This document shows, piece after piece, positions 1 through 8,331 of a stretch of 54,913 nucleotides of DNA. Below the pieces are notes generated by a model. It made no database searches, was not told where the DNA came from, and worked only from the letters and a program-made list of their open reading frames with translations. Each line of letters begins with the position of its first letter. Within the stretch, counting starts at the first letter, position 1. The translations under genes and the position numbers were made by a program. The stretch comes from a virus: the IMG/VR virus record IMGVR_UViG_3300045988_075804; one strand, given 5' to 3'.

Positions 1-119
1 GATTACCGGCGATGATGCTGGAGTGGATGTCTTTGCAGTCTCTCCGGATCCTGAATATCTCCGGGAGAGAATGAGAGAGGAAGCGGAGGAGCTGTTGGCT
101 GGGTTCCAAAACAGCGGCA
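1..119. repeat. Terminal overlap of the contig, identical to 54795-54913 (circular-assembly redundancy)
   Basis: Read base by base. 1-119 (gattaccggcgatgatg...aaaacagcggca) equals 54795-54913 over the full length. Confidence 0.95.
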
Positions 120-280
120 CAACCTTTGAAGTGGAAAACATCGAGGAAACCGGTACAAAGTACGAAGTAGAGGGTAAGTACGGCGATATGGTAAAGCTGT
201 ACATAACAGAACACGAGGTAGAGGGAGGCAAAAAGAGTGGTAAGCAACATTTTATACCTGAGAATGAAAAAGGCTGTTAA
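1..280 (+). CDS. 3' part of the LexA-DNA-binding-domain protein that starts at 54499 (the gene spans the contig junction)
   Basis: The frame of ORF 23..280 is continuous with the open frame 54499..54913 through the 119-bp overlap. Position 1 is the third base of a codon. Stop TAA at 278-280. Confidence 0.75.
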   Translation, partial: ITGDDAGVDVFAVSPDPEYLRERMREEAEELLAGFQNSGTTFEVENIEETGTKYEVEGKYGDMVKLYITEHEVEGGKKSGKQHFIPENEKGC

Positions 281-575
281 AAGGCTGAATAGAAGCCTTG
301 ACGAGAAGAAAAGGCTCATAAGGATTTACAAGAGGAGAACTGCAGACCTCCGGAGGAGGCTGGCAAAGGTCAGCCGGGAAAAGGCAGTCCTGGAGGATGG
401 ATATGTGGTGGAGTGGTGCTTGCACTGTGAACGCCAGGTAGTCATGCTCTGGAATGTAAAAGAAGATGGTATGGTGGCATATTGCCCGTATTGCAGCCAG
501 AGAATGATGCTTTGCGAAAAGTGTTCAGGCGAGTGCGATTATAACTACGGGAATGATATTTGCAAAGAAATGTAG
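237..575 (+). CDS. Small Cys-rich (zinc-ribbon-like) protein, function unknown
   Basis: GTG 237 lies 8 nt after GGAGG (alternative ATG 264). Paired-Cys motifs CLHCER, CPYCSQ and CEKCSGEC. Confidence 0.55.
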   Translation: MVSNILYLRMKKAVKRLNRSLDEKKRLIRIYKRRTADLRRRLAKVSREKAVLEDGYVVEWCLHCERQVVMLWNVKEDGMVAYCPYCSQRMMLCEKCSGECDYNYGNDICKEM

Positions 576-598
576 AAAAAGGAATAGGAGGTATTGCA

Positions 599-1333
599 AT
601 GTGGTACGATGAAGATTTTTACAGTGAGCCGTCTGAATTTGACATGCAGATAGAAGAGTTCAAAGAAAGCCTCTCAAAGTCTGTGAAGAAAGAATACCTG
701 GAGGAAATGGAGAAGTTGAGAAAAGAGAATCAAGCCCTCTGGGAAGTTAAGAAGAATTTTGAACAGATAAAGAGAGAGTACGAAAACAAGAAGCATAAGC
801 TGGAAATAGCTGTCCGTGATGCAGAGAATAAAGCAAAAAGAATGAGAGCAGAAGAAATCATGGAGAATTACAAAGTTTTCTTCTGGAGACAGTCTTTTGA
901 ATATAAATACGGCCCCAAGTGCGATAAATGCGATAAAAATAGGCAGATTGAAGTAAGTCTGCCGTCCGGGAGAAAAGTTAATGATGATTGCGAGTGCAGG
1001 AAAACACAAGCGAAAGTAGCCGTTCCAGAGAGAATGGTACGCTATGAACTGGCAGACAGACAGGGAAAGATTGTTGCATGGTATAAATCCTGCGGAAAAG
1101 AGGGGGAAAGATACTACTGTATTGATTATGCGTCAACCGTATATGCGGATAGTGCAATAGTAGAACCGGGTACGAGCTTCGATGCACTGTTAAAGAAAGA
1201 GAGCCAAGAAATTTTATTCCAATCCAAGGAAGAGTGCATGGCGTATTGCGAGTATCTGAATGAGATAAACCAAGTTCCCTATGATGCTGTTTACAAATGT
1301 AATGGCGAGAGGTACACGGAAAAAGAGGAATAG
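599..1333 (+). CDS. Hypothetical protein with a coiled-coil N-terminal half and a Cys-rich C-terminal half
   Basis: ATG 599 lies 7 nt after AGGAGG. Track ORF 560..1333 trimmed to the RBS-backed start. Confidence 0.6.
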   Translation: MWYDEDFYSEPSEFDMQIEEFKESLSKSVKKEYLEEMEKLRKENQALWEVKKNFEQIKREYENKKHKLEIAVRDAENKAKRMRAEEIMENYKVFFWRQSFEYKYGPKCDKCDKNRQIEVSLPSGRKVNDDCECRKTQAKVAVPERMVRYELADRQGKIVAWYKSCGKEGERYYCIDYASTVYADSAIVEPGTSFDALLKKESQEILFQSKEECMAYCEYLNEINQVPYDAVYKCNGERYTEKEE

Positions 1334-1471
1334 CCTGGAAATCAGGCAGAAATACGGCAAGATGCAGAGTGTCAGCGTTTTATGGAATAATAGGCGGATT
1401 TGCGATGATCGGATTGGCAAAGTTTTTGTTATGGCTAATAGATAAAGATTAACTTTTAGGAGGAAAACTGG

Positions 1472-2062
1472 ATGGCAAAGAGTATATCAACAGCAGAAAA
1501 GTTAGGGAAAGAGCTGAGGGATAGATACGAACGCTGGAACCATATTCTGCAGAATGGTGCCGGTGATCCGTTTTGGGAAGATGGTTCGAATATGAACCTG
1601 GTACGTAATCATATCATTTACTACAAAAGGCAGTGCGAAGCAGAACTACTTCCTGATGAATACCCGGAGGAGTATTTCTGGGAGCTTCCGACAGAGGTGG
1701 ACAATAAATATATGGCACTCCCGGAAGAAATCCGGAAACACGCCATAGGAAGTCTGGCGGCATACGAAGCGAATGAAGATTACCAGTATTTGAAAGAGGC
1801 TGTAAATAAGCTCACAGAGAAGCAGAAAAGCCAGATCAGCATCATGAACGTAATTAACTATGTTACCGGTCTTAAAAGTTTTATAAAAAAAGATTCTCTG
1901 GTGGAAATGAGGAGGCACGAGCATCCGGAGCGGTATCTGGAATCGTTCCAGGACTGCCGGAAAAAGGCGGAAGATATTCTGAACCAGGAACCGGAGGAAA
2001 AGCCGCTTCCTACCGGCCAGCTGTCTTTGTTCGATTTGTTCGGATTGACAATGGGAGGATAA
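1472..2062 (+). CDS. Hypothetical protein (196 aa)
   Basis: ATG preceded by TAGGAGGAAAACTGG. No competing ORF. Confidence 0.65.
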   Translation: MAKSISTAEKLGKELRDRYERWNHILQNGAGDPFWEDGSNMNLVRNHIIYYKRQCEAELLPDEYPEEYFWELPTEVDNKYMALPEEIRKHAIGSLAAYEANEDYQYLKEAVNKLTEKQKSQISIMNVINYVTGLKSFIKKDSLVEMRRHEHPERYLESFQDCRKKAEDILNQEPEEKPLPTGQLSLFDLFGLTMGG

Positions 2063-2098
2063 CTGCGATAGCATAAAGAAAAACCAGGAGGTAAAAAG

Positions 2099-2422
2099 GT
2101 GAAAGCGGTAGATTTTATTGTAAAACATATAGACGAAAACGGAATGACACAATCAGAAGCGGCGGCGGTTGCCGGAATGAGCCGTCAGAATTTCTGGGAC
2201 AAGCTGAATAACAGAAACCCACGGTTTAACACCATGACACGTATTTTAGATGCTTTTGGGTACCAGATCCATGTTGCCAGGAAAGACGGGGAGCTGTTAA
2301 AGTTCTGCGAGGCGGATTTCTTTGCAGCAGCGGAAAAAGAAAATCTGTACTACGATTCCCTGGAGGCAATCCTGGTTTCTATGGGGTACTTGTTGGAAAT
2401 CAGCAAAAAGGCTGAGAAATAA
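2099..2422 (+). CDS. Helix-turn-helix DNA-binding protein
   Basis: GTG lies 7 nt after AGGAGG. MTQSEAAAVAGMSRQNFWDKLN resembles an XRE-type HTH. Confidence 0.55.
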   Translation: MKAVDFIVKHIDENGMTQSEAAAVAGMSRQNFWDKLNNRNPRFNTMTRILDAFGYQIHVARKDGELLKFCEADFFAAAEKENLYYDSLEAILVSMGYLLEISKKAEK

Positions 2423-2438
2423 AGCATTTTGATGAAAT

Positions 2439-2471
2439 GGAACGTCCTGAAAAATGGGCGTTCTTTTTTAT
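2439..2471 (+). terminator. Intrinsic terminator after the HTH gene
   Basis: Stem ggaacgtcc / gggcgttc with one G-U pair, 8-nt loop, then TTTTTTATT. Confidence 0.6.
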
Positions 2472-2487
2472 TGCAAAAATAATTTCT

Positions 2488-2583
2488 AAAAAATGAAAAA
2501 ATAGGCTTGACACAACGCACCATGGTACGCTAAAGTCTAAGCATAGAAACACACCAAAAGAAAACGAACGCACGAAACGGAGG
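2488..2583 (+). repeat. 96-nt promoter-plus-leader cassette, copy 1 (copy 2 at 51460-51555)
   Basis: Aligned by eye. 92 of 96 positions are identical to 51460-51555. Confidence 0.9.
2507..2536 (+). promoter_or_regulatory. Early promoter TTGACA-18-TAAAGT with dyad CGCACCATGGTACG in the spacer
   Basis: TTGACA 2507-2512, TAAAGT 2531-2536. The dyad at 2516-2529 is 12/14 self-complementary. The same architecture occurs at 12843 and 51479. Confidence 0.6.
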
Positions 2584-2591
2584 GTATAAAG

Positions 2592-3224
2592 ATGGCAAAC
2601 AGACATTTTAGAGAAAAAAGTGCAGAGGAAGCATGGAACAGGGTAAATGAGATTTTCCCAACAGATTACGCAAAGGACGAGGACAGTAGCCAGAGAGCCG
2701 GCTACCCGATTTTCAGAAGCACCGCTGACGGTCATTTTTACGATTATATTTGCGACCTGAACGACAGGCTGGAAGTTAATCTCAGCACTGGAGAAACAGT
2801 AAATATCTGGATTGAGCAGGAGACAGAACTGGAGGTTGCACCCGAAAAAATGGAAGCCTTGAAGAAAATGTCAACACGTATTCAGAAGTTAGGCTTCTGG
2901 TTTGCCGGAGAGATGCTTGACGAGGAGGAAAAAGGAAAGGAGAACCGTAGAAACTTTGAAAAGGCAAAAGCCGAGAATCCAGACACGATGGTTGTGGCGG
3001 TTGACTGTTCAGAAAATAATGTGCGTGTTATGAAAGATTGTTTGAAATCTTGTCAGCGAGCATACAAGTACATTCAGAAGAATCGGAAAGAAATCGAGGA
3101 GTGGCAGATAGCAGGAATTAACGCTATGTTCGACCAGGCAAACAAAGAGGGAATCGTTCCGTATGATTTACCGTATGCGATAGAGGGTATTTTGTTAATT
3201 CTCGACCAGGAAGTTAACAAATAG
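2592..3224 (+). CDS. Hypothetical protein (210 aa)
   Basis: ATG after GGAGGG. First gene downstream of the promoter cassette. Confidence 0.65.
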   Translation: MANRHFREKSAEEAWNRVNEIFPTDYAKDEDSSQRAGYPIFRSTADGHFYDYICDLNDRLEVNLSTGETVNIWIEQETELEVAPEKMEALKKMSTRIQKLGFWFAGEMLDEEEKGKENRRNFEKAKAENPDTMVVAVDCSENNVRVMKDCLKSCQRAYKYIQKNRKEIEEWQIAGINAMFDQANKEGIVPYDLPYAIEGILLILDQEVNK

Positions 3225-3235
3225 GAGGTAGCACC

Positions 3236-3757
3236 ATGAAAGAAAGCAGTATTTTAGCGATTATCCGGGCAATAGACCCGGACAACGCACCATACATCAT
3301 CCAGGACAGCGAAATCGTAAGACACTTTCAGAGAGCCGCTGAGCATCTGAAAAACGGAAATAGAAAACTTGCTGGTTTCTGCTTCCGGGGAGCTAAAGAA
3401 AAGGTTACACAGTTCGGAGAGTATTATTTGACACCGGCAAGCATCCAGGTGGGCGATGGTGTTACCGTGAACCTCTGGAGTGACAGATACGCCGCAACCG
3501 TTATAAAGGTTACAAAGAGTACCGCCACTGTTCGCAGAGACAAGGCAACGCTGAATCCGGATTTTAAGCCAGAGTGGATTCCTGGAGGATTCGCCGCACA
3601 TTGTACAAACCAGGACGAGCAGACATACACCTACCAGCCGGACGAAAACGGTACGGAGTACACGTTCCACTGGTCCAGAAAATACCAGAGATACGGTCAG
3701 CCAGGAAACCTGTCACTGAGCAAAGGTCGCCATGAGTTTTATGATTACAATTTTTAG
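3236..3757 (+). CDS. Hypothetical protein (173 aa)
   Basis: ATG after TAGGAGGTAGCACC. Tight operon packing. Confidence 0.65.
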   Translation: MKESSILAIIRAIDPDNAPYIIQDSEIVRHFQRAAEHLKNGNRKLAGFCFRGAKEKVTQFGEYYLTPASIQVGDGVTVNLWSDRYAATVIKVTKSTATVRRDKATLNPDFKPEWIPGGFAAHCTNQDEQTYTYQPDENGTEYTFHWSRKYQRYGQPGNLSLSKGRHEFYDYNF

Positions 3758-3768
3758 GAGGTAGAGAA

Positions 3769-4041
3769 ATGAGCAAAGAGAAAAAAATCAGCGAAATGGA
3801 AAACAAGAAAGAGCAGTTCGTAGCACTGGCAAAAGAGGTATATCCTCTAATCGAACAGATCAGGGAGGCACTGGCAAAAAGTCCATTCGGGGAATCTGCC
3901 AGTATCAGCATCAGCACTGACGGTTACATGGAGTTCCGCCCGTATGATAGCGGCTGGAGGCTGAACAGATACCGCTGTGATAGCACACCGGTAGCGCAGT
4001 ATGAGTACCAGGAGAAGATCGTTCTGGAGGAGGAAAAGTAG
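3769..4041 (+). CDS. Hypothetical protein (90 aa)
   Basis: ATG after TAGGAGGTAGAGAA. Confidence 0.6.
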   Translation: MSKEKKISEMENKKEQFVALAKEVYPLIEQIREALAKSPFGESASISISTDGYMEFRPYDSGWRLNRYRCDSTPVAQYEYQEKIVLEEEK

Positions 4042-4212
4042 ATGGCAGATAGAGGAAATCATCGCTTAAATGCGGAAATCGAGAGACACATCAATCAGTG
4101 GTACGGCACTGTTCACGGTCAGGTTATTAAGAACATGTACGAGAATGGTTCGGATTATGAGAGCATTTGTGAAGCGGCGAACATTGACTATGAAGATTAT
4201 GAGGAGGAGTGA
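4042..4212 (+). CDS. Hypothetical small protein (56 aa, MADRGNHRLNAEIERH...)
   Basis: Not in the track (under 60 aa). ATG 4042 lies after GGAGGAGGAAAAG and abuts the previous stop. It fills the gap up to TGA 4210-4212. Confidence 0.45.
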   Translation: MADRGNHRLNAEIERHINQWYGTVHGQVIKNMYENGSDYESICEAANIDYEDYEEE

Positions 4213-4216
4213 ACCT

Positions 4217-4423
4217 ATGACAGTGCAAGAAGCTGAAAAAGCTGGAATGAGTGACATTGATATTGCCCTGGGTATCGTGACTGGAGAGTTAGAGGATGAA
4301 TCGGAACCGGTTGAATACCGGGATCCGGTTCATGGAAGAATCACAAAGACCAGGCTTGACCCGTACCATGATGTAAAGGTGTACGAGGATGGCTACGAGG
4401 AGCGGTACTACATAGGAGATTAG
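4217..4423 (+). CDS. Hypothetical small protein (68 aa)
   Basis: Track ORF 4070..4423 trimmed to ATG 4217, which follows GAGGAGGAG. The upstream part overlaps the 4042 ORF. Confidence 0.5.
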   Translation: MTVQEAEKAGMSDIDIALGIVTGELEDESEPVEYRDPVHGRITKTRLDPYHDVKVYEDGYEERYYIGD

Positions 4424-4433
4424 GAGGAAAACC

Positions 4434-4802
4434 ATGGTAAAAACAGTAAAAATCACTACTGACAACAAAATATCGGTTGAGGAGCTTCCGAACTGGAGCC
4501 TTGGCTCCTGGGGAAAGGCAATCGGGGCTGATTGCACAGAGACTGTAAAAACCCAGATCATGTATGACCTGTTTCGTGAGCCGGTTGTAATGATTGTTGA
4601 TGAATCCGGACTTGTGAAAAACAGAGAGGTAAACGCTGTCGGTTCGTTCCTTTATGGCATCCAGAACCACGGAACGCCGATTGTTGGAGACATCATTTTC
4701 GGACTGCAGAACGGTCCGGATATTCTGCCACTCGCAGATGCGGAGCTGGTGAAATTCTTTTTGAAAGATCATTTTCCGTTACTGGAGGAGGTACAGAAGT
4801 GA
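4434..4802 (+). CDS. DUF3846-like protein
   Basis: ATG after TAGGAGGAAAACC. The pattern ...VMIVDESGLVKNREVN...IVGDIIF resembles DUF3846 as I remember it. Confidence 0.5.
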   Translation: MVKTVKITTDNKISVEELPNWSLGSWGKAIGADCTETVKTQIMYDLFREPVVMIVDESGLVKNREVNAVGSFLYGIQNHGTPIVGDIIFGLQNGPDILPLADAELVKFFLKDHFPLLEEVQK

Positions 4803-4993
4803 CAATCAGAGAAGCAGGAAAAGGCGTGGCCGTGGGTGATACCGGCGCCCAGACCTACCGCATTGGTTTTAACGGTAACGATGAAACAGAGCTGGACGCA
4901 AAGAACATGAGCGAGCTGGAAGAATTGTGGCGGTCGTTGTGTCCAGAGTTCGGATGCAAGGCAAACAGCGTGGATTATGTGGAAAGGGTGTAG
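4799..4993 (+). CDS. Hypothetical small protein (64 aa)
   Basis: GTG after GGAGGAGGTACAGAA. 4-nt overlap with the previous gene. Confidence 0.45.
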   Translation: MTIREAGKGVAVGDTGAQTYRIGFNGNDETELDAKNMSELEELWRSLCPEFGCKANSVDYVERV

Positions 4994-4996
4994 GAA

Positions 4997-5785
4997 ATGA
5001 GCATAGCAGTAAAAGAATTAAACAAAGACCTGATTCACAGGGCGAATAGTAACAGCTTTGGCGGAAAGAGGGGCGATATATCCGAGCATGAATATCAGGT
5101 GTATGTGGAGAGAGTGCTGTCCTGGCCGATCTCAGAGGAGAAAAAGCAATCCATCCTGGATAAACTGCATGAGAAATGGAGTGAAATGCTGAAATATGAG
5201 GCACAGCATGTCAGCGTAATGGTGGCAGGCCCAGCAAAGTACAATTCCAGGAAGCTGGATAAGTCAGATAAAATCCTGGAGCTTTCCGCAGCTTTTTCGG
5301 AGTGGTTCAAAGACTTGGAAGATCAGATAAAAAGAGGACAGCAGAAAAACGATAAGGCGGAGAAATTGTTGAAGCTGATTGAGTTCTGCAGGAAGCCGGA
5401 CAATCCGTGTGATCCTACAAACCACCTGGCAGAATTGGCAATGTATGATAACGCCTCTTTCATCCGGATTTACGAGGAGTTGTACCCAGAATATAAGTGG
5501 CGTAAGAACAGCACTATTGCGAAGCTGTACCAGAAGTCGCTTGCCGGAGAAATTAAGGAAATCCGGAAAGAGGTATTTTTCGAGGATACAAACCTTACGG
5601 CATACAAAGAGGGCGACAGGGTTTATATAAAATTCCTGATGCGACCGAAACGGCAGCTGATTGTAGCACTGAAATCTCGTGGATGGTGGTGGAACAGCTA
5701 TAAGAACGCCTGGAGTACATACCCGGATAAGCTGGATCCGGAATGGGTGGCATCTATCAGTGAGAAATACGCAAAGTACATTTAG
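4997..5785 (+). CDS. Hypothetical protein (262 aa)
   Basis: Long ORF in operon context with a weak RBS. Confidence 0.6.
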   Translation: MSIAVKELNKDLIHRANSNSFGGKRGDISEHEYQVYVERVLSWPISEEKKQSILDKLHEKWSEMLKYEAQHVSVMVAGPAKYNSRKLDKSDKILELSAAFSEWFKDLEDQIKRGQQKNDKAEKLLKLIEFCRKPDNPCDPTNHLAELAMYDNASFIRIYEELYPEYKWRKNSTIAKLYQKSLAGEIKEIRKEVFFEDTNLTAYKEGDRVYIKFLMRPKRQLIVALKSRGWWWNSYKNAWSTYPDKLDPEWVASISEKYAKYI

Positions 5786-5795
5786 GAGGTCTGAA

Positions 5796-6245
5796 ATGAA
5801 TTATATTTGTTCGAAACAAGAAAAGATTGACAAGCTCTGGGGGCGTTTTATTAAGCACCTCCTGGAGCTGGAGGCGGCAGGAATCAAGGTGGAATATGTC
5901 CGGAAAGGCGAAGTGATCCTGAATGGGAAAAGATTCAAGCCTGTATACAAGGAAAATACAATGAGTTGGGAGCCGATGGGCTGGGGATATGAACCGTGGC
6001 AGAATTACATCACGTTTATAGGTTATGACATATCGCCGCTGATTAAGTATCTGACGAAAGACAGAGGCAAAAACGGTCTGCCTCTGGAGGGTGCCGTGGA
6101 GGAGTGCTTCGGTGCAAACACTCCGGAAAATTATGAGAAAGGTGTCCGGTTTGTGGCAAGCCTGGGGAAAATGGGAATCATTCCGTCATACGAGACAGAC
6201 AGGATTGTTTCCCAGATGGACGAAATCAGCAACCAGGAGGGGTAA
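5796..6245 (+). CDS. Hypothetical protein (149 aa)
   Basis: Track ORF 5679..6245 trimmed to ATG 5796, which follows TAGGAGGTCTGAA. Confidence 0.6.
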   Translation: MNYICSKQEKIDKLWGRFIKHLLELEAAGIKVEYVRKGEVILNGKRFKPVYKENTMSWEPMGWGYEPWQNYITFIGYDISPLIKYLTKDRGKNGLPLEGAVEECFGANTPENYEKGVRFVASLGKMGIIPSYETDRIVSQMDEISNQEG

Positions 6246-6248
6246 AGC

Positions 6249-6581
6249 ATGGAATTTCCAAGAGTATCAATAAAAAGGCAGAATGAGGCTATAACGCAGT
6301 CTGGAGGCATGGAAATGTTTTCTCCGGTAGAGGAATTTGCACAGCAGATAGCCAGGTCAACGGATGCGGCTATTACGTCATGCCTGGACAAAATAGTAGG
6401 TCCTGGGTGGGAGCTGGAAAAGGTGGAAATGGAACGCCTCCCGAATACCGACCCGACAAAGGCAGGAACCAGGTACAGAGTAAGCTATAATGGGAAACCG
6501 GTAGGGAAGATCAGGAGCATTATCGCAGTCCAGGAAAACAAGGCAATCGGTAATTTGTACGTAGAAATGATGGAGGAATAA
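6249..6581 (+). CDS. Hypothetical protein (110 aa)
   Basis: ATG after CAGGAGGGGTAAAGC. Confidence 0.55.
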   Translation: MEFPRVSIKRQNEAITQSGGMEMFSPVEEFAQQIARSTDAAITSCLDKIVGPGWELEKVEMERLPNTDPTKAGTRYRVSYNGKPVGKIRSIIAVQENKAIGNLYVEMMEE

Positions 6582-6587
6582 CAGGAC

Positions 6588-6881
6588 ATGAAAAAATATG
6601 AGTTGAATAGAAAGCAGTATGACCGCATCCGAAAAATGGATCACAATGGCATGAAAGAGTATCTGAATGCAGTATATGAGAACGGGTACAGAGCCGGAGA
6701 AAGAGCGGTATCTGAAAAAGCAGCAGAGGTTCCGGATCTGGCTGGTCTGGAGGAGGAAATGCAGAACATCCGTGGCATCGGGGGAGCAAAGGCAAGAGCG
6801 GTATGCGAGGTTGTAAAGAGTTTCTTTGAGAGAAAGGTGGCTGGTCCCGATGAAACCGGTTCTGAAATATCCGGGGAGTAA
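6588..6881 (+). CDS. Hypothetical protein (97 aa)
   Basis: ATG after GGAGGAATAACAGGAC. Confidence 0.55.
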   Translation: MKKYELNRKQYDRIRKMDHNGMKEYLNAVYENGYRAGERAVSEKAAEVPDLAGLEEEMQNIRGIGGAKARAVCEVVKSFFERKVAGPDETGSEISGE

Positions 6882-7665
6882 ATGGAGGATTGCCGGAGAG
6901 ATTGTAGCAAGGATTCCGGAACACCACACGTACCTGGAGCCGTTCTTTGGGAGCGGAGCTGTTTTCTTCTCAAAGGAGCCGAGCAGAATTGAAATGATAA
7001 ATGACCTTGACAACAACGTACCGAACCTATTCCGTTGCATACGGGATGATCCGGACAGACTGGCCAGAATTGTTGCGACAACGCCTTATTCCAGACATGA
7101 GTATGAGAGAGCGTTTACATCGAATGAGGAGCAGGACAATTTCCAGAGAGCGGCTGACTTTCTGACTACATGCTGGCAAGGTCATGGGTTCCGGACAAAT
7201 GGGTACCGGGTGGGCTGGAAAAACGATGTACACGGTCGGGAGAGTATGTACGCTCTCCGGAACTGGTACAATCTGCCGGAGGTTATCCTGGAGACCGCAG
7301 AACGCTTGCGGTGTGTCCAGATAGACAACAGGCCGGCACTGGAAATAATAAAGAGGTTCAATTATCCGGATGTTTTCATGTACATAGGCCCTCCGTATAT
7401 CCTGGGAACCAGGACAGCAAAACAGTACAAGCATGAAATGACGGATGCAGACCATGAGGAGTTACTGGGTGTCCTGAAAAACTCAGAGGCTATGGTAATG
7501 ATAAGCGGTTATGAATCGGAACTTTACGACAGCATGTTAAAAGGCTGGCACAAGGAGCAGTTCCGGTCAAATGCTGAATACGGAGGAAACAGGGTAGAAA
7601 CTGTCTGGATGAATTACGAGAGGCAGTTTACTATAAAAGATTTTCAACAGGAAAAATTATTTTAA
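6850..7665 (+). CDS. Dam-like (D12-class) N6-adenine DNA methyltransferase
   Basis: N-terminal KYPGSKWR...EPFFGSGAVFF (AdoMet-binding motif) and GPPY in place of DPPY. Start is ATG 6850 (alternative 6826). Confidence 0.8.
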   Translation: MKPVLKYPGSKWRIAGEIVARIPEHHTYLEPFFGSGAVFFSKEPSRIEMINDLDNNVPNLFRCIRDDPDRLARIVATTPYSRHEYERAFTSNEEQDNFQRAADFLTTCWQGHGFRTNGYRVGWKNDVHGRESMYALRNWYNLPEVILETAERLRCVQIDNRPALEIIKRFNYPDVFMYIGPPYILGTRTAKQYKHEMTDADHEELLGVLKNSEAMVMISGYESELYDSMLKGWHKEQFRSNAEYGGNRVETVWMNYERQFTIKDFQQEKLF

Positions 7666-7678
7666 GGAGGATTGCAAA

Positions 7679-8326
7679 ATGGCAACTATCAAAAGAACAG
7701 AAACGAGCAATGTCACATGGAAAGAGGTTCTGGAAATCATCAATTCCGGGAAAGCGACTGAGAAGCTGAAACCAGGAACGGAGATTACGGAAACCTTAAA
7801 GGATGGCAGTAGAGCCGTAATAGCGGTGGCAGCCGTAGACTTATACCAGAACGGTGAAGTTATTTTCTGCTTCCGCAACACTGTCGGGGAAGATCACCGG
7901 ATGAACAAGGAGTGGACGAACAAAGGAGGCTGGAAAGATTGCAAAATGAGAGAATACCTGAATAGCGAAATCTTGGCTCTGCTTCCGGATGAACTGGTAG
8001 AAATGCTTTCACCTAAGAAAACTATTCAGATTCAGAATGGTTCTACTTTGGAGTGTGAGGATCTTCTTTTTCTACCGTCCGAGTACGAGGTTCATGGAGA
8101 GGAGATTTATGCAAAATACAACGGGGTAGACAAACAGTTTCCGTTCTACAAGGAGAGAACGAACCGTATTGTTGTTGATGAAGATGGAGACACAACATGG
8201 AGGTGGTTGGCATCTCCGTACGCCAGCAACACCACCTACTTCTGCGATGTCTACTTCAGCGGCAATGCCACCGACAGCATACGCATCCACCTCGTTTGGC
8301 GTGGCCCCTGGCTTCGCAATCCGTAA
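7679..8326 (+). CDS. Second (remote) DGR target protein carrying VR2. The C-terminus is frameshifted relative to TR and VR1.
   Basis: ATG after AAGGAGGATTGCAAA. The last ~125 nt align to the TR at 45408-45520. The C-terminus reads ...GNATDSIRIHLVWRGPWLRNP instead of the ...SFGVAPGF-type end. Confidence 0.75.
   Translation: MATIKRTETSNVTWKEVLEIINSGKATEKLKPGTEITETLKDGSRAVIAVAAVDLYQNGEVIFCFRNTVGEDHRMNKEWTNKGGWKDCKMREYLNSEILALLPDELVEMLSPKKTIQIQNGSTLECEDLLFLPSEYEVHGEEIYAKYNGVDKQFPFYKERTNRIVVDEDGDTTWRWLASPYASNTTYFCDVYFSGNATDSIRIHLVWRGPWLRNP
8202..8315 (+). repeat. DGR variable repeat 2 (VR2)
   Basis: 114 nt versus TR 45408-45520 (113 nt). 13 substitutions, all at TR adenines, plus one extra T near 8280. 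Confidence 0.85.
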
Positions 8327-8331
8327 ATCTT

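Noticed and set aside
4070-4216. Upstream 49 codons of track ORF 4070..4423 (Arg-rich MRKSRDTS...)
   Set aside because: It overlaps a better RBS-backed 56-aa ORF (4042-4212) in another frame. The RBS-backed ATG 4217 gives a sensible acidic protein.
5379-5630. Alternative-frame + strand ORFs nested in longer genes (also 7170-7436, 15507-15755, 30485-30751, 34135-34446)
   Set aside because: Each lies fully inside a longer, better-supported ORF, has no RBS, and has an Arg/Ser-rich composition typical of off-frame translation.
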